This document shows positions 23,924 through 35,365 of a DNA stretch of 35,771 nt, one piece after another. The translations under genes were made by a program, and so were the position numbers. The notes beneath the pieces are model-generated. The model had not been told where the DNA came from. It was given only the letters and a program-made list of their open reading frames with translations, and did no database searches. Numbering within the stretch: position 1 is the stretch's first letter; every line of letters starts with the position of its first letter. Source of the DNA: Parasitella parasitica NRRL 2501 (Eukaryota > Fungi > Mucoromycota); contig MU619400.1 of the NCBI GenBank assembly GCA_025201805.1, forward strand, positions 1-35,771, in the 5' to 3' direction.

Positions 23924-25246
23924 TTAGTTTTTGAAAAAGACAACATCACCATCGTCTTCCACAAAACGGCAGCTCTTCCAAACCTTCCACAAAGCGATAG
24001 GAACAGGCGTGTTGTCGCAGTGGTAGTGCTTGCCAAGAGCCTTCTTGATATGCACAGTGGCCTCTTCGGCATGATAATGAGGCATAGTAGAGAAAAAGTG
24101 GTGGGCAACATGAGTATCAGAAATGTGGTGGTGAAAGTAGTTGAGGAGGAAGCCATAAGAACGGTCAACAGTCAAGGCAGCACCACGTTGAAAGTTCCAA
24201 ACGTTATCACGATAATGAGGAAGCTTAGGGTCGGTGTGTTGCAAATAAGTGATCAAAACCAACCAAAAGTTAACATTCAAGTATGGAATAACATAAAACT
24301 TGATGACAGCAAGGGAGCCAAAGACCTGGCCACAGTAACCCAAAAGGCCAATCATACCAGCAACGCCAACAGCAGAGCTGATAACATCCCAGAACTGATT
24401 GTCTTCATAAATAGCGCATTTGGGGTTGAAATGAGATGCCCAGCCGGGGTAATCTTGGCCAGAAACATTAGTAAAGATATACATGGGCCAGCCAAACGTA
24501 AACATGAGGAACATGCGATACAAGACGATGATGGGCGCTTCATCAAGAACATCATGAGGTCCATCAACTTCGGGGTCTTGCTCACGAGGAGGTAAGCTGT
24601 ATTCTGAGCGAGTAGTAGGGACAAATACCTATCGCAAAAAGTTTAGTCAAGTTTCTCGGGATGGATGCGGCCGTATAAATCAAGGTACGGCATCCCCATG
24701 TACTAAATTACCTGATCCTTTGACATATGGCCAGTAGCTTTGTGGTGCTTGGAATGAGAGAATCTCCATGAATGGTAAGGAACTAACAGGGCAGTATGAA
24801 GCACGAAACCGACGCTATTATTGATAGTCTACCGTATAGAATTGTTAGTTTCACATGATAAAATCCAATGATTTTGTTTAGGTTACCTTTGAAGGGCTGA
24901 ACGCTTGATGGCCGCACTCATGACCAATTACCCAAACACCAGTACCGACAATACCTTGAGTGATCCAGTACAATGGCCAAAGAGCAATGCGAGCATAAGT
25001 GTTAGGAATTGAATCGATGTAGGAAGCACCGATAGCTAAAATAGCAATGATAATAATATCATGGAGAACATGTGTAAATGATTTAAAGGTATCGCGGCGG
25101 AAACAGTGAGCTGGGATGGCATCACGGATCTCCTTGATTGTAAAGTTGGGGATTTCCCAGTTTCTTTCAATGGCCTCATCAATGATAGCCTTGTTGCTGG
25201 TGTCCTCTGTAGGAGGATTGGAAGTGACACTTCTTTTGGTTGCCAT
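23924..25246 (-). CDS. FAD2: Delta-12 (omega-6) fatty acid desaturase, 3 exons
   Basis: Three His boxes (HECGH, HSKHH, HVAHH), plus [28 protein letters not shown] and [12 protein letters not shown]. Start MATKRSV is at 25246. Confidence 0.96.
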
Positions 25247-25600
25247 GGATGCAGAGTGGTGCTTTGATATATGTATATATATATGTATATATAAAGAGGT
25301 AAAATATAACAAGTGCCCCTGAAAAAAAATAAAAAAAACAAGAGAAGAGAGGAAGAGATCTCAATTTATTAGACATATTTATATGATTTTTTGCAAGATA
25401 ACGAGACGTTCTCCATTTTGTACCATGAAAAAAAAAAAAAAAAAAAACAAGGACGGTTGCAGCGATGCAAGCTAAAATGTTAATTGATGCGACCGAATTA
25501 AAAGATGATCTGTAACTTAAAATAGGGGGAATGGATGTGTCTATTGACATTGGCCCCAATTGTTGTAGAAATCAACGTTTTGACCAATGAAAAATTGTTG

Positions 25601-26461
25601 TTATTTTCGTTTGGTCTGCCTCTTGTTGCCTCGGTTATTCGTTGTTGATGCATTGCTGGCTGATCTTCCTGCTCGGCGACCACCGTTTCTGTTTGCAGGC
25701 TCAGGTGTTGACTTACTGTTGGCACGGGATGATTTTCTTGGAGGTTTACCTATGTGATAATGCAGTGTCAAAAAGGCGGGGTATTGTTACAATTTTTTTT
25801 TTTGGGGGATACGAACCTTCCTCTGGTTCGGGAGTGTTATTAGATGTGATTGAATCAGCAACTGAGTTTGTGGGGGATGAGTCTCTTTTGCTAGAACGGA
25901 TGCGTTTTGTAGGCGGTAAAATAGGTGAGCCTGCAGTGTCGCTTTCTTCTCGCATGGAAGACACAGACTGATCGTCTTGTCGATGTTCAGATATCAATTG
26001 TTCATAGTCATCTAATGGCAATGAAAATTCACTCTTGATGTCCCCCTTCCTCTTTTCTTGTTCTTCACGCTCTTCCTCTTCTTGCTCTTCGTCTTCCTCC
26101 TCCAGCTCATCTAATGCTGACATACCGTAAAAGTCACCTAAACGTTGCCAAATCTCTTTGATGCTACATGGGACTGAACTATGTTGATTAAATTGTCTTT
26201 GAACACTGATGATTCGAAAGTGCTTGTGTATGCCTGTGTGGAAAATACTTGGTTAGCTTCTTTTTTTGCATATGTTTATCCAGTTATTATCGTACCAACT
26301 GGTTTGCAACGTGAAATAGCGTTCAATAGAGCCAATTCCATGCCTGCATCCCACTCTTTCTCGCTTAGATCAGACTCTTCCATCATTGTATTTTCCACTT
26401 TGACGATATTGTCTAGATGATTGCTTGCGTAGTGTGATTCACTCTCTGCAGCTGTATCCAT
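25601..26461 (-). CDS. EAF7: NuA4 histone acetyltransferase subunit Eaf7/MRGBP (CT20 family), 3 exons
   Basis: WDAGMELALLNAISRCKPVG/IHKHFRIISV..IWQRLGDFYGMSALDELE..EFSLP. A GTTCGT..TAG intron leads to a basic tail ending ..KRQTKRK* (stop 25601-25603). Confidence 0.88.
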
Positions 26462-26817
26462 GATAAGCGTTGTAGTATGTTGAAATGGTGGTTAGTTTTG
26501 CCAATTCGCGATGCGTCCTTTCAAAAGAGACATTTTGAAAATAAGAAAAAACGTCACTGGAGACCACCTTGGGTTGGCACATTATTCAGTTATAGCACTT
26601 TTTGTTTACTTGATCAAGAAATTATGCGACAGAGCAGAAAGTACCTTGTTAAACTAGAGATTTCAATTGAGTCGATAAAAAAAGGTACATAAAAATACCG
26701 TAACTGTAGCATCCACAAGAGCTGTTTGAAGATTGCCTGAGTTTCTTCCATATAAAATGTGAGGCAAGAATTTTAAAGATCAAATTACAGGTTTATTAAA
26801 CAACAGGTATACTAAAT

Positions 26818-29574
26818 TTACAGTTTAAGGCTATATTTCATCCATTGATATACATCAGATGCAGATTCATAATCACCAGTATTTACAAAGGCCTTCATAA
26901 ATAATTTGTAAGTAACTTCATCGGGAGTAGCCGTCTCGTTGGTTGACTTGGAAAACAATTTGATAAAGGCAGTGTTTGATTCGGTTGGCAATGGAGCAAT
27001 GGGCGGTCTTGTTTCCAATCGAGTCAGCTGCTCGCATAGGGAAGCATTGGTTGCATTTTTTATGCCAATTTTTTTCACGTTGGTAATTGTATGCCTTGTA
27101 CATCCAGTTGCAGATTCAAATATGTTCCAGATATCTTTGCTCGGCAATGCCACTTTTGCTGACTTGAGTTTATTCACTTCATGGAATTTTTGCTTACTCT
27201 TCAGAATATGCGTATATGACATTGTTTTTGAGTCCAATTTCAGAAAGCTTTGTATCAACAGATTAAACGACACTATATCTACAGGTCGCTCCTTGACAAA
27301 CTTCTCTACTTCATCCCAATTTTGCTGAATAATCCAGCCATTCAACACAGTGTTTGTAGCCCGAATGTCTGGATTCTCTTGCTGCTGTAAAATCTGAGTG
27401 GCCGCCTTCATATTGTTGGCATTCACAAATGCTTTGATGAGAATATTATATGTCGCTGTGTTGGGCTCAAGCTGCTGGTTCAGCAATTTTTGAAACAACT
27501 TCTTCACTCTATTTAGATCTGGCTTAGGCAGCTGGGACGCATATCCGTTCAAAAGTTTGTTATATCTCGCCAGTGTATGTGGTTCCTTTTCCTTGGATTT
27601 GTTGCCATAAAACCGTTTTTTGTATTGCATATCCACCCAGGCTCTTTCCAGAATTCTAATGTCGTTGTGCTTGGTTGCACAGGTCATCATGGCCAAATAG
27701 ATCTGTGAAGTAGCACATCTCCTCCGGACACTGTCATGTCCACCTTCTCGGACATACTTGTACAATTCAAATGCCTGCTGACAATCACCTCGGTCTCCCA
27801 GGCCAAGAAGAATACGACTTATCCCTTCTGCATCCAGGTAAACGTGAAGCTTCGATTCCATTATCCTGAGAGATTTGACTATTGTGCTGCCAGGAACAAG
27901 TGGACTTCCATTCTCACTCTTCAAACTGAGCAAAGTACTCGCAATGCGTATTACCGTGTTTCGTGTAAATTTGATTTTGACGTGGTCCAGCATGTTGTTT
28001 TTATTAACTGCAAATCCAGCCGTAATTGCACATTTGACGATTCGACGATTTTTTTCTGCAAGATGCTGCTGTTGCAAGAGTGCTTCGTATTGCGAAATAC
28101 ATTTATGCCATTCTCCTCGTTGTAGCCAGGCCTCCATAACAGTGGCGAAGCAATCCATCTGTGTACTGTTTACTTTCTGTAGCCATACTATAGCCTGATC
28201 CAATTGCCCTCGTTTCACAAAGCTCTGTGTCATTGTTGCATGCCATGTTGCGTCCATCTCAATCCCCTGTTGCCGCACATCATTTAGCACTGATTTAACA
28301 AGTGAGCCATCGTTTGCAAACACTGCAATATAGTTTTTTAAGAAATCCGCATCCACATCATTTTGCTTTGATAATTTATTGTACAACAGCTCTGCTTGAT
28401 GTTTTGGTAAGCGAGATCCAAATGTCCTTAATAAAATGGCTACGGTACTGGATGTAGGTTCTATATCTAATTTCTGCATCCAAGACACTATATCTTTCAT
28501 GTTGTCGTAGCTTTTGTCTAGTAATTGATTTCCCAACAACAAGTTGCAGGTTTTTGCTGTAGGCACAAATCTATTGGTTTGGTGACATAGAAGATTGAAG
28601 AGGGTAAAAGATTGACTAGGTATAATTTTTGTCGTGTTTGAAGCATTTTCAATGATCGAGGCAAACAATTTTTCGGCCGATAAGGGTGTAATGGGTGGAG
28701 TGTTGGGCTCTTTCGGAAACAATAGCTTGTGGTAGCCTTGCCATAATGATTCAGTAATTTGATCTTTACAATGGGTATCCCAATCTCTCATCGTTAGCTT
28801 CATTTCCTCCACCGCCTTGATTGCAGTATATACATTGCTCTTACTACTCGACAAACACAACGCCGCTGTGAACTTTTTTAAACAAATTGAAGCATCCTGC
28901 ACATTCAAATTTGGGTTGCTTTTAATGCCTCTAAACACATTCAACGCTGCTTTAAAATCACCGCTGTCAATGATGGCTTCAAAGTAGCGCTGATAGGCGA
29001 TATCCTTTATTCGAAACCGTTTGTTGTATTCTTTGAACACGGCCATCACTTGCTGCGGATTCCCAGTGCGTCCATACGCCTTTATGGCTATCAGATATAT
29101 AGTTGGCGTAGAATGTAGCTCGAGTTGATGTGCTGCTTCATACACTTGAACAATGCGACTCCAAAACACAGATTTTTTAGGGGCAATTTGAGCTTGCTGA
29201 TATAGTATAGATATTACATGCTCGTAATCCTTGCTAGTCATGGTGTCTTTACTGTGTTGCTGCTTTTGCTGGTATTCCTGCCAAAATTTCGAAGCATTCG
29301 CTTTAAGTGTTTTGATTGTGGCATGAGTGCTGTTTCTGACAGGGAGCTTGTGTTCCGTTGTAACGAACGCTGGAGGACAAGCTGTGGTTGTAGCAGAAGA
29401 TGTAGTATACGCTCGATGATAAGCTGTAAGCCATTTTTTAGGGCGTAGTATGTAACGAGGCAATGTGCTGTTGCCCTGACCAGCAGTGTTTGACCGAGAA
29501 TAAAAGGGCCGGGGTTTGATGGTTATTTGCTGTCGACCAAGTGAACATATAGGTTGCCTTAACTGGACAGACAT
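26818..29574 (-). CDS. Pentatricopeptide-repeat protein, probably mitochondrial, intronless 918 aa
   Basis: PPR-like motifs PTIYLIAIKAYGRTG, PNTATYNILIKAFVNAN, DIVSFNLLIQSF and PDEVTYKLFMKAFVNTGD. The N-terminus is R/S/T-rich and acid-free. Confidence 0.85.
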   Translation of the reverse strand: MSVQLRQPICSLGRQQITIKPRPFYSRSNTAGQGNSTLPRYILRPKKWLTAYHRAYTTSSATTTACPPAFVTTEHKLPVRNSTHATIKTLKANASKFWQEYQQKQQHSKDTMTSKDYEHVISILYQQAQIAPKKSVFWSRIVQVYEAAHQLELHSTPTIYLIAIKAYGRTGNPQQVMAVFKEYNKRFRIKDIAYQRYFEAIIDSGDFKAALNVFRGIKSNPNLNVQDASICLKKFTAALCLSSSKSNVYTAIKAVEEMKLTMRDWDTHCKDQITESLWQGYHKLLFPKEPNTPPITPLSAEKLFASIIENASNTTKIIPSQSFTLFNLLCHQTNRFVPTAKTCNLLLGNQLLDKSYDNMKDIVSWMQKLDIEPTSSTVAILLRTFGSRLPKHQAELLYNKLSKQNDVDADFLKNYIAVFANDGSLVKSVLNDVRQQGIEMDATWHATMTQSFVKRGQLDQAIVWLQKVNSTQMDCFATVMEAWLQRGEWHKCISQYEALLQQQHLAEKNRRIVKCAITAGFAVNKNNMLDHVKIKFTRNTVIRIASTLLSLKSENGSPLVPGSTIVKSLRIMESKLHVYLDAEGISRILLGLGDRGDCQQAFELYKYVREGGHDSVRRRCATSQIYLAMMTCATKHNDIRILERAWVDMQYKKRFYGNKSKEKEPHTLARYNKLLNGYASQLPKPDLNRVKKLFQKLLNQQLEPNTATYNILIKAFVNANNMKAATQILQQQENPDIRATNTVLNGWIIQQNWDEVEKFVKERPVDIVSFNLLIQSFLKLDSKTMSYTHILKSKQKFHEVNKLKSAKVALPSKDIWNIFESATGCTRHTITNVKKIGIKNATNASLCEQLTRLETRPPIAPLPTESNTAFIKLFSKSTNETATPDEVTYKLFMKAFVNTGDYESASDVYQWMKYSLKL

Positions 29575-30317
29575 AATATTTCGCTTTCGGATTGTCTAGT
29601 CTTTTTTTTTTTCTATTTCGCTTTTTCAATGGCTTTGCATGTATATCTTGAGAAGAACAAAAAGGAAGAGAGACAGAGAAAGAGTCGAAAAAATGTAAGA
29701 ATAAAATTTTTTGATTGCTTGATACATCCCCCCCTCACCACCCACTTTGTCAAGAATTGTCCGGCGAACGTTGACTCTGGAGTAACCATCCAAATGACAT
29801 CACATGAGGTTGAATCAGTTCAGGTTTGATTGACCAGTTGATGTGGAATAATAAAAAAAAACGAAAAAGGGTATTCGAGTGCATCTTATGTGTCAAGGCA
29901 TCATTAGGCTAACAAGTCTAATGTAGAATCTATTTCAAGGTCGTAAAAATTGTTTACAAAACACGGGATTTGAATCCACTGACTTGAAGAGCGGCAGCAG
30001 TTGTAGTCTTTCGTTGAGACTTGTGCTTTGCTTTCGACAGATCAAATCTTTGCATGCACGCTACTGAACGTCTGGCAGGCTCATTGGGGCAGGATTTTCG
30101 ATGGCATCCTCTTTTCCCCTTCCCTCCCTCCCTCCCCACTCGCTCATACAGCGCGCTGTTCGTTCCTTCTCCCGTCTGTAAGATGAATTAAGGCCTGATT
30201 TGTAGGTCTCCGATTTCTTCAATGTCATTTCTTTGTCTTGTACTGTTTACTACTATTTCGTTATATATGCTCAAGTCAGTCTTTTGTGTATAATGAAATA
30301 TCAAGCTTATCAACGGT

Positions 30318-30610
30318 ACAAGTTTACCATGTCCAAACATTTTGAGAAAAACTTCTGAGGATGTCGGACACTCCCTTCCACCATGAAATTTTTTTTTTTT
30401 GGTGCTTTCTCAATACGGTCAGCTATAATTTCGCTCTTTGCTAAAGGCGTCTTGCGTACTTCTCGCTTAATTTTTGCTCAGCATTTCTCAATTGGATTCA
30501 GCATTGGAGAATTAGGGGGCAAGAAGAGGGGAGTCTGGCCATGCTCATGGATTGTTCGGACGACGTCAGGTAGTTTGTGAATTGCCGCTTTGTCCATCAC
30601 AATACAGTAT
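30318..30610 (-). mobile_element. IS630/Tc1-type DDE transposase C-terminal fragment (pseudogene)
   Basis: Minus-strand translation YCIVMDKAAIHK...PLFLPPNSPMLNPIEKC*AKIKREV...RHPQKFFSKCL corresponds to the VMDNAxIH / LPPYSPxLNPIExxW motifs. Confidence 0.8.
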
Positions 30611-30757
30611 ATATGTGCTTTTATCGAGTATCAACTAGTATATACCAGTATGTTAGTTTGGGCACTTTGGCATGAGCCTTAACACTGTTCAACAAAGTCC
30701 TAGCACTCATCAAAAAGTGCACTTATTTTATACCATTTGTGTTTATGTTACAAACAT

Positions 30758-32003
30758 TGCCTGTCGTGCTCAAGACAACCTCAGCTGCCTCCGTTCCAGA
30801 TGCTCTCTGAGCCACGCTTTATTTGCATAATATTTAAGTAATAACATAAAAAACTAAACTTTTCACTTTCTTCTTCATATTTTTCGAAGCCGCAACGTGC
30901 CCACTGAACAACTTTTCACAAGGGACGCATTATTAGAGAAGGGGAGCTTGAGAACTGAGAAACCAGAAAAGAAGAAGATGAATTCCCAATGGCGATATCA
31001 GAGCCTTTGGAAAGCTCGTCTTATTAAGAATAACGAGAAACGGTTAAAAAGTTCAAAAGGAATATGATGCAAAGAAAGAGCTGTGATTCCTAGTGAGTAA
31101 AAAAAGTTTTGGCCATCAACACTTGCAATTGCATCGGTCTTCAGAGTAGTTAATTCAACAAAAAATCTTTTAGCAGAGGAACTCTTATTCCGGAGTTTCT
31201 CAAAGCAAAAAGACGAATGAAAATGGTGTTTCCAAAGTAAAACCAGCTGGAAACATGCGATGCAAATCTACTGGTGAATTATATCAAGACATTGAATTTG
31301 TAATGCTAGAGGGAAAGTTGGAAGCTGTCAAACTGTTTTTCAGAGAGCCAAAATAAGCACAGGTCAAGATGTCAATACTAGGAGAGATGCAAGATGAAGC
31401 GATTTGTTTACTTAAGACGACGCAGTTATTTATGGAGAAAATAAGAAAATTTAGAGCAGGGCTACCAAATAACCATACTCTATTCCTGTCGTACATGAAT
31501 AATAGCGAGAAGAAAATGTTAACCAGGCCAGCAACCATATCTGGATAGATCTAAAGAATCATGGAAAAAGCAGGTGTAGACGCGGAGGTTGTCAAGGCAC
31601 ATTCAATCAAGTATACCGCCAGCACGAAGGCAGTTAAAAAGAGGTTTGACATTGACGGTGTCAAAATACGCGCAAATTGGAGTTTGATGACAAACATTTT
31701 CGAGGGTTATTACGAAAAGCCAACAATGAAGAAGCATACTAGTACCAAGATGCAAAACTCTATTTTATCGGAAAACGATTCCACATTGGAGGTCGGAACC
31801 GGAGGCAACTGAGATTGTCTTGGGCACGACAGGCAGTCAAGATGTTGCCAAAGTGGAGGCCAAAAATGTGGTAAAATACTCGCTCCTGGTATCATTTTCG
31901 GTAATCTTCCCCTTTCACGAAAAAAAATAAAATAGAGTTTTTCATGCAGTTAGACAGTTTAAGAACTTTAAATAAAGGAGGCTCACCCCCCTATAAAAAA
32001 AAA
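30758..32003 (+). mobile_element. Internally deleted, decayed DIRS-like (tyrosine-recombinase) retrotransposon
   Basis: YR remnant LFFREPK*...LFLSY...RPATISG...MEKAGVD..KAHSIKYTASTKAV...ANWS...FEGYYEKP. A gag-like remnant at ~30945-31070 is alignable to the ORF at 35525. Inverted repeat 30758-30797 / 31795-31835. No RT/RNase H motifs seen; the right boundary is approximate. Confidence 0.75.
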
Positions 32004-32116
32004 AGTGTTTCGTTGATCTTGCTGTCAAAGCATGTATTTCATTACATTCCCGGCTTTGGGGCAACAATGCATCATATAATTTTAATAAATGGAAATGGTA
32101 CATTTTTACTCGTTTT

Positions 32117-33700
32117 TTAATGTCTCTCTTCTTGAGCGATGATGCTTTGTACAGCCTCTTCTACATTTTCACAGACAATGTCAGCTGGAAAATCGCTTGA
32201 ATTACCCTTGCCCGTGAAAACACCAGTGCGAACAAGAACACTAGTCCAGCCATACCCATTAGCTCCCTGAATATCAGCAGCAGGATTGTCTCCTACAGCA
32301 TACACTCTTCTGCGGGAGTTTTGTGATTGAGGCTCGAGTGATTCAAGCACTTGTTCTGCAAATTGATACGTGGCGCCATGAGGCTTACCAAAAGATGTAG
32401 ATTTTAAGTCGCTTCCAGTCAAAGTCCTGTATAAACTATCAAGAGCAATTTTGAACGCACCTTGGCCTAATCTAGGTGCAGGAAAATCAGTGCTCCAAAT
32501 CAAATCATTCTGTTTTTTTTTTACAAAAAAAAGGCTGCGTGATTAGAATGGAATTTACTTTAACCCTGAGGATAAGTTTACGTTAGACCAATAAAGTGGC
32601 ACATCCTGGATTGAATAATCGGATTTTCTGGTTCCCATGGTTCCGCCCCGAGAGCACAATGCATCAAGCATGATCTGAAGATCTCTCCCCCCTACCAAGT
32701 TGTTTGTAAATATCTGGGCTGATGCCTGAAAAAAATTCATGCAATTCTTACAGTCATAAGTGTCATGGAAGACCATGACAGCGTGAATTGGTAATTTAGA
32801 GAATTCAAGAGCAGCCTACAGTAATACGAGTTAAGGATAGGCAACGCTCGGCATCAAAGCATGCTCACAGTGCTGGTTAAAATAGACAAATCAGATGTAG
32901 GTGTAGAATGAGGCCATGCTGAGCTGTTCCAATGCATAATATCATGAGGTGTTACGGCCTCTTTGAAGCCATATCTACGTATGAATTAAGTTTCGTATCA
33001 AAACCAGAGGATTCCCATTAGTATCAATGTGTGTAGCACCTTACTTTTTGGCTACATCATAACAGTTGCGGCCTTTACCACCAATAATCAAAACTCGTTT
33101 GTCATGATACTTGATTGCCAAATTTTGCATAGGAGAATGCGATAAAACAACTTGTTTGGGATTTATCTAAAGGTAGTGTTGGAAGGCGAGCTTTTGAATT
33201 ATGCTCGTATATGTACCTTGACTCCAGTAAGTTCACTGATTTGTCTAGCTTTTTCTTCTTCAGTGACACCACCGCCGTTTGTCAGCAAAACAAATGGGAT
33301 ATTTCTTTTTTTTTGTTTGTTTATAGTAGAGCAAGAAGGTCAGTTTTTCGAAAATTACTCCAAGCCAAAGTATGCATTACCTATTGTGAGTATTATCTCC
33401 ATTCAACAATTTCAAAGCACTAAATCCAGTTTAATTATTGATACAGAAGCAGACATGCTTGAGCTGTTTTCTTACCGAGTAGCCTCAGGAATGCAATGCT
33501 TTCCCTGTTATGAAATTCGCATTTATAAATAAAAGTTTAAAGTAATAAAAGTTTTTACATACCTTGATCAATACGCCATCAATATCAAAAGCAAACGCAT
33601 AATTAGGCTTTTGAATGGTAGAAATGCGTCTTGAAATTCCACTGAGCGCAGCCTTTCTGTGGTATAAATTGAAACCAGCTCTATTTAGGATATTAGTCAT
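32117..33700 (-). CDS. HDHD5: HAD-superfamily class IIA hydrolase, CECR5/HDHD5 (YKR070W)-like, probably mitochondrial, multi-exon
   Basis: FAFDIDGVL, PFVLLTNGGG, LSHSPM, WGRDLQI, DLIWSTDFPAPRLGQGAF, GKP, VGDNPAADIQGAN..W.SVLVRTGVF. The start is at 33700, or the upstream in-frame ATG at 33766. Confidence 0.9.
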
Positions 33701-35365
33701 GTTGAAGCAGAGAAAAGAATTCAAGGGGTGGTCGAAGACTGGAAGCTTTGTTGTTGTCGCGGTCATCGAAACATATCTCTGACGGTCATTAATTAGATGA
33801 TAACGCTAATATTTGTTAGATAGATACAAACTTTATCAAGTAATTTGAGTGAAATTAATGCTGAAATGTCAAATAAGCCTACATTCACACTGCTCCCTAA
33901 TATTTTATTTTAAAGCGTATAGACCTATAAAAAATGCTAAATTTGGCTAATAAACAACAACAGTGGAGAATATGGTTAACTGCTAGAAAAAATCCCTTTC
34001 TCCCTTTATATATCTTTTAAGGTAAGGGCAATGGAGTGGTATAGCTAAAAGTGCATTATACCTGAAAAATTAAGACTCAAAACATCGCAAAATCCGAATA
34101 ATAGTAAAAGATATTTGAGAATGGGATATGTTGTAGAATAGTTGAAACGGGAATATTTTGGCTGAAAGTTCTGTTTCCATCGCTTAATAGTTTCTAAAGA
34201 TATCAATAGTTGCAAATTATGTCTTTAAGCGTGGAAAAGGGTTATATCTCTGATTTGGTAGTCCAAAAATGAAGGTATATAATAACGGTTTTTGAGTCTG
34301 TATTATGCAGTATCGCGGCTATCGATTCGTATCGAGACATACCCAAGTTATCTATTAGAGTCGTGCTTTGCTTCTAAATTGAGAAAAGGTGTGCACTCAT
34401 TCACAGCAACAAAATAGGCTGTAGATTGAATCTCAGCAGTGCTTGTCCGTTTGGCCTAAACCAGATTTTCAAAAATCTTGCATAGTTCGTTGCTAGATAT
34501 CTCAAGAGCGTAATAGGTAAATCGGATATGCAAACTAATTGTTTTATAACAAACAATAAATTCTGTATCTAACCATATAAATTACATGGTTATATAAGCA
34601 CTTTTTTTTATTACCATTTTTCAAATCATCAAAAAACGCTCTTTTTGATAGTTTTTGAGTAAAATCAAGCAAATTTAGAGCATCTGCAACTCTATAAACT
34701 TGACCAAACAAACCATCATGTCAATGCCTACACATTAATATATTGTCCACAACTGTAGCTTCATTATATTTGCCAAAAATCAAAACCTTGTCTCGACCAA
34801 AATGCATCTACAATTTTCCGGTCCTATACTTAGAGGGCCAAATTAATGCCATTCAAAAGGGTAAAAATCAATTTCGTTTTTCGAGATTTTCTCACTGAAA
34901 AATTGGTATTTTTTGACCAAACAAAAACCTTTTAATAGCTACGTTGTAGGTCTATTTTTTTATTGCAATATCATGCATTTTTATATACTATTTATTGCTC
35001 TGAAAGTTATGAAAATAAATCAAACCTCTGCTAAAAACATGTGAAAAAATATTTTTTTCGACATATCTATCTAAAGAATAATACATCTAGAAGAGAATTA
35101 GGTTTCAAAAAGATTTGAATAATCACTCAAGCCAAAGTGTCATAGTGGTTTCTTGAGAAACAGAGGAACAAAGTTTAACGTGAAAAGACAAAATTGACCC
35201 AAGCTTGTCGAATTCTAGCTTGAATACGACATGTTTAATACGAGTAGTTGTACCATAACAGGCTTTATTACTTTACTTAGAAACTTGGACATGATTTAAT
35301 TGCAAAATTTTGTACTTATTATAGCACCATATGCTGTAAAACTTGGAAAATCTGCAAAATCTAAT

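Noticed and set aside
24020-24595. 191-aa plus-strand ORF and other antisense ORFs over FAD2, PPR, kinesin, TBCE and SerRS
   Set aside because: These are shadow frames of well-supported genes on the opposite strand.
24620-24711. Superficial TPP-riboswitch resemblance in FAD2 intron 2 (GGGGAUGCC...AACUUGA...GCGAUAGG)
   Set aside because: It lacks the invariant UGAGA in the correct position and the conserved P5 loop, and the gene is unrelated to thiamine. Kept only as a generic hairpin.
25240-25253. X-box-like GTTGCCATGGATGC at the FAD2 start codon
   Set aside because: Most of the match is dictated by the Met-Ala-Thr codons.
29900-30225. U3 snoRNA, SRP RNA, tRNA(Sec) or telomerase RNA identity for the GC island
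   Set aside because: No box A (GAUCAUUUC), no SRP helix-8 GNRA motif, no complete cloverleaf and no recognisable telomeric template were found.
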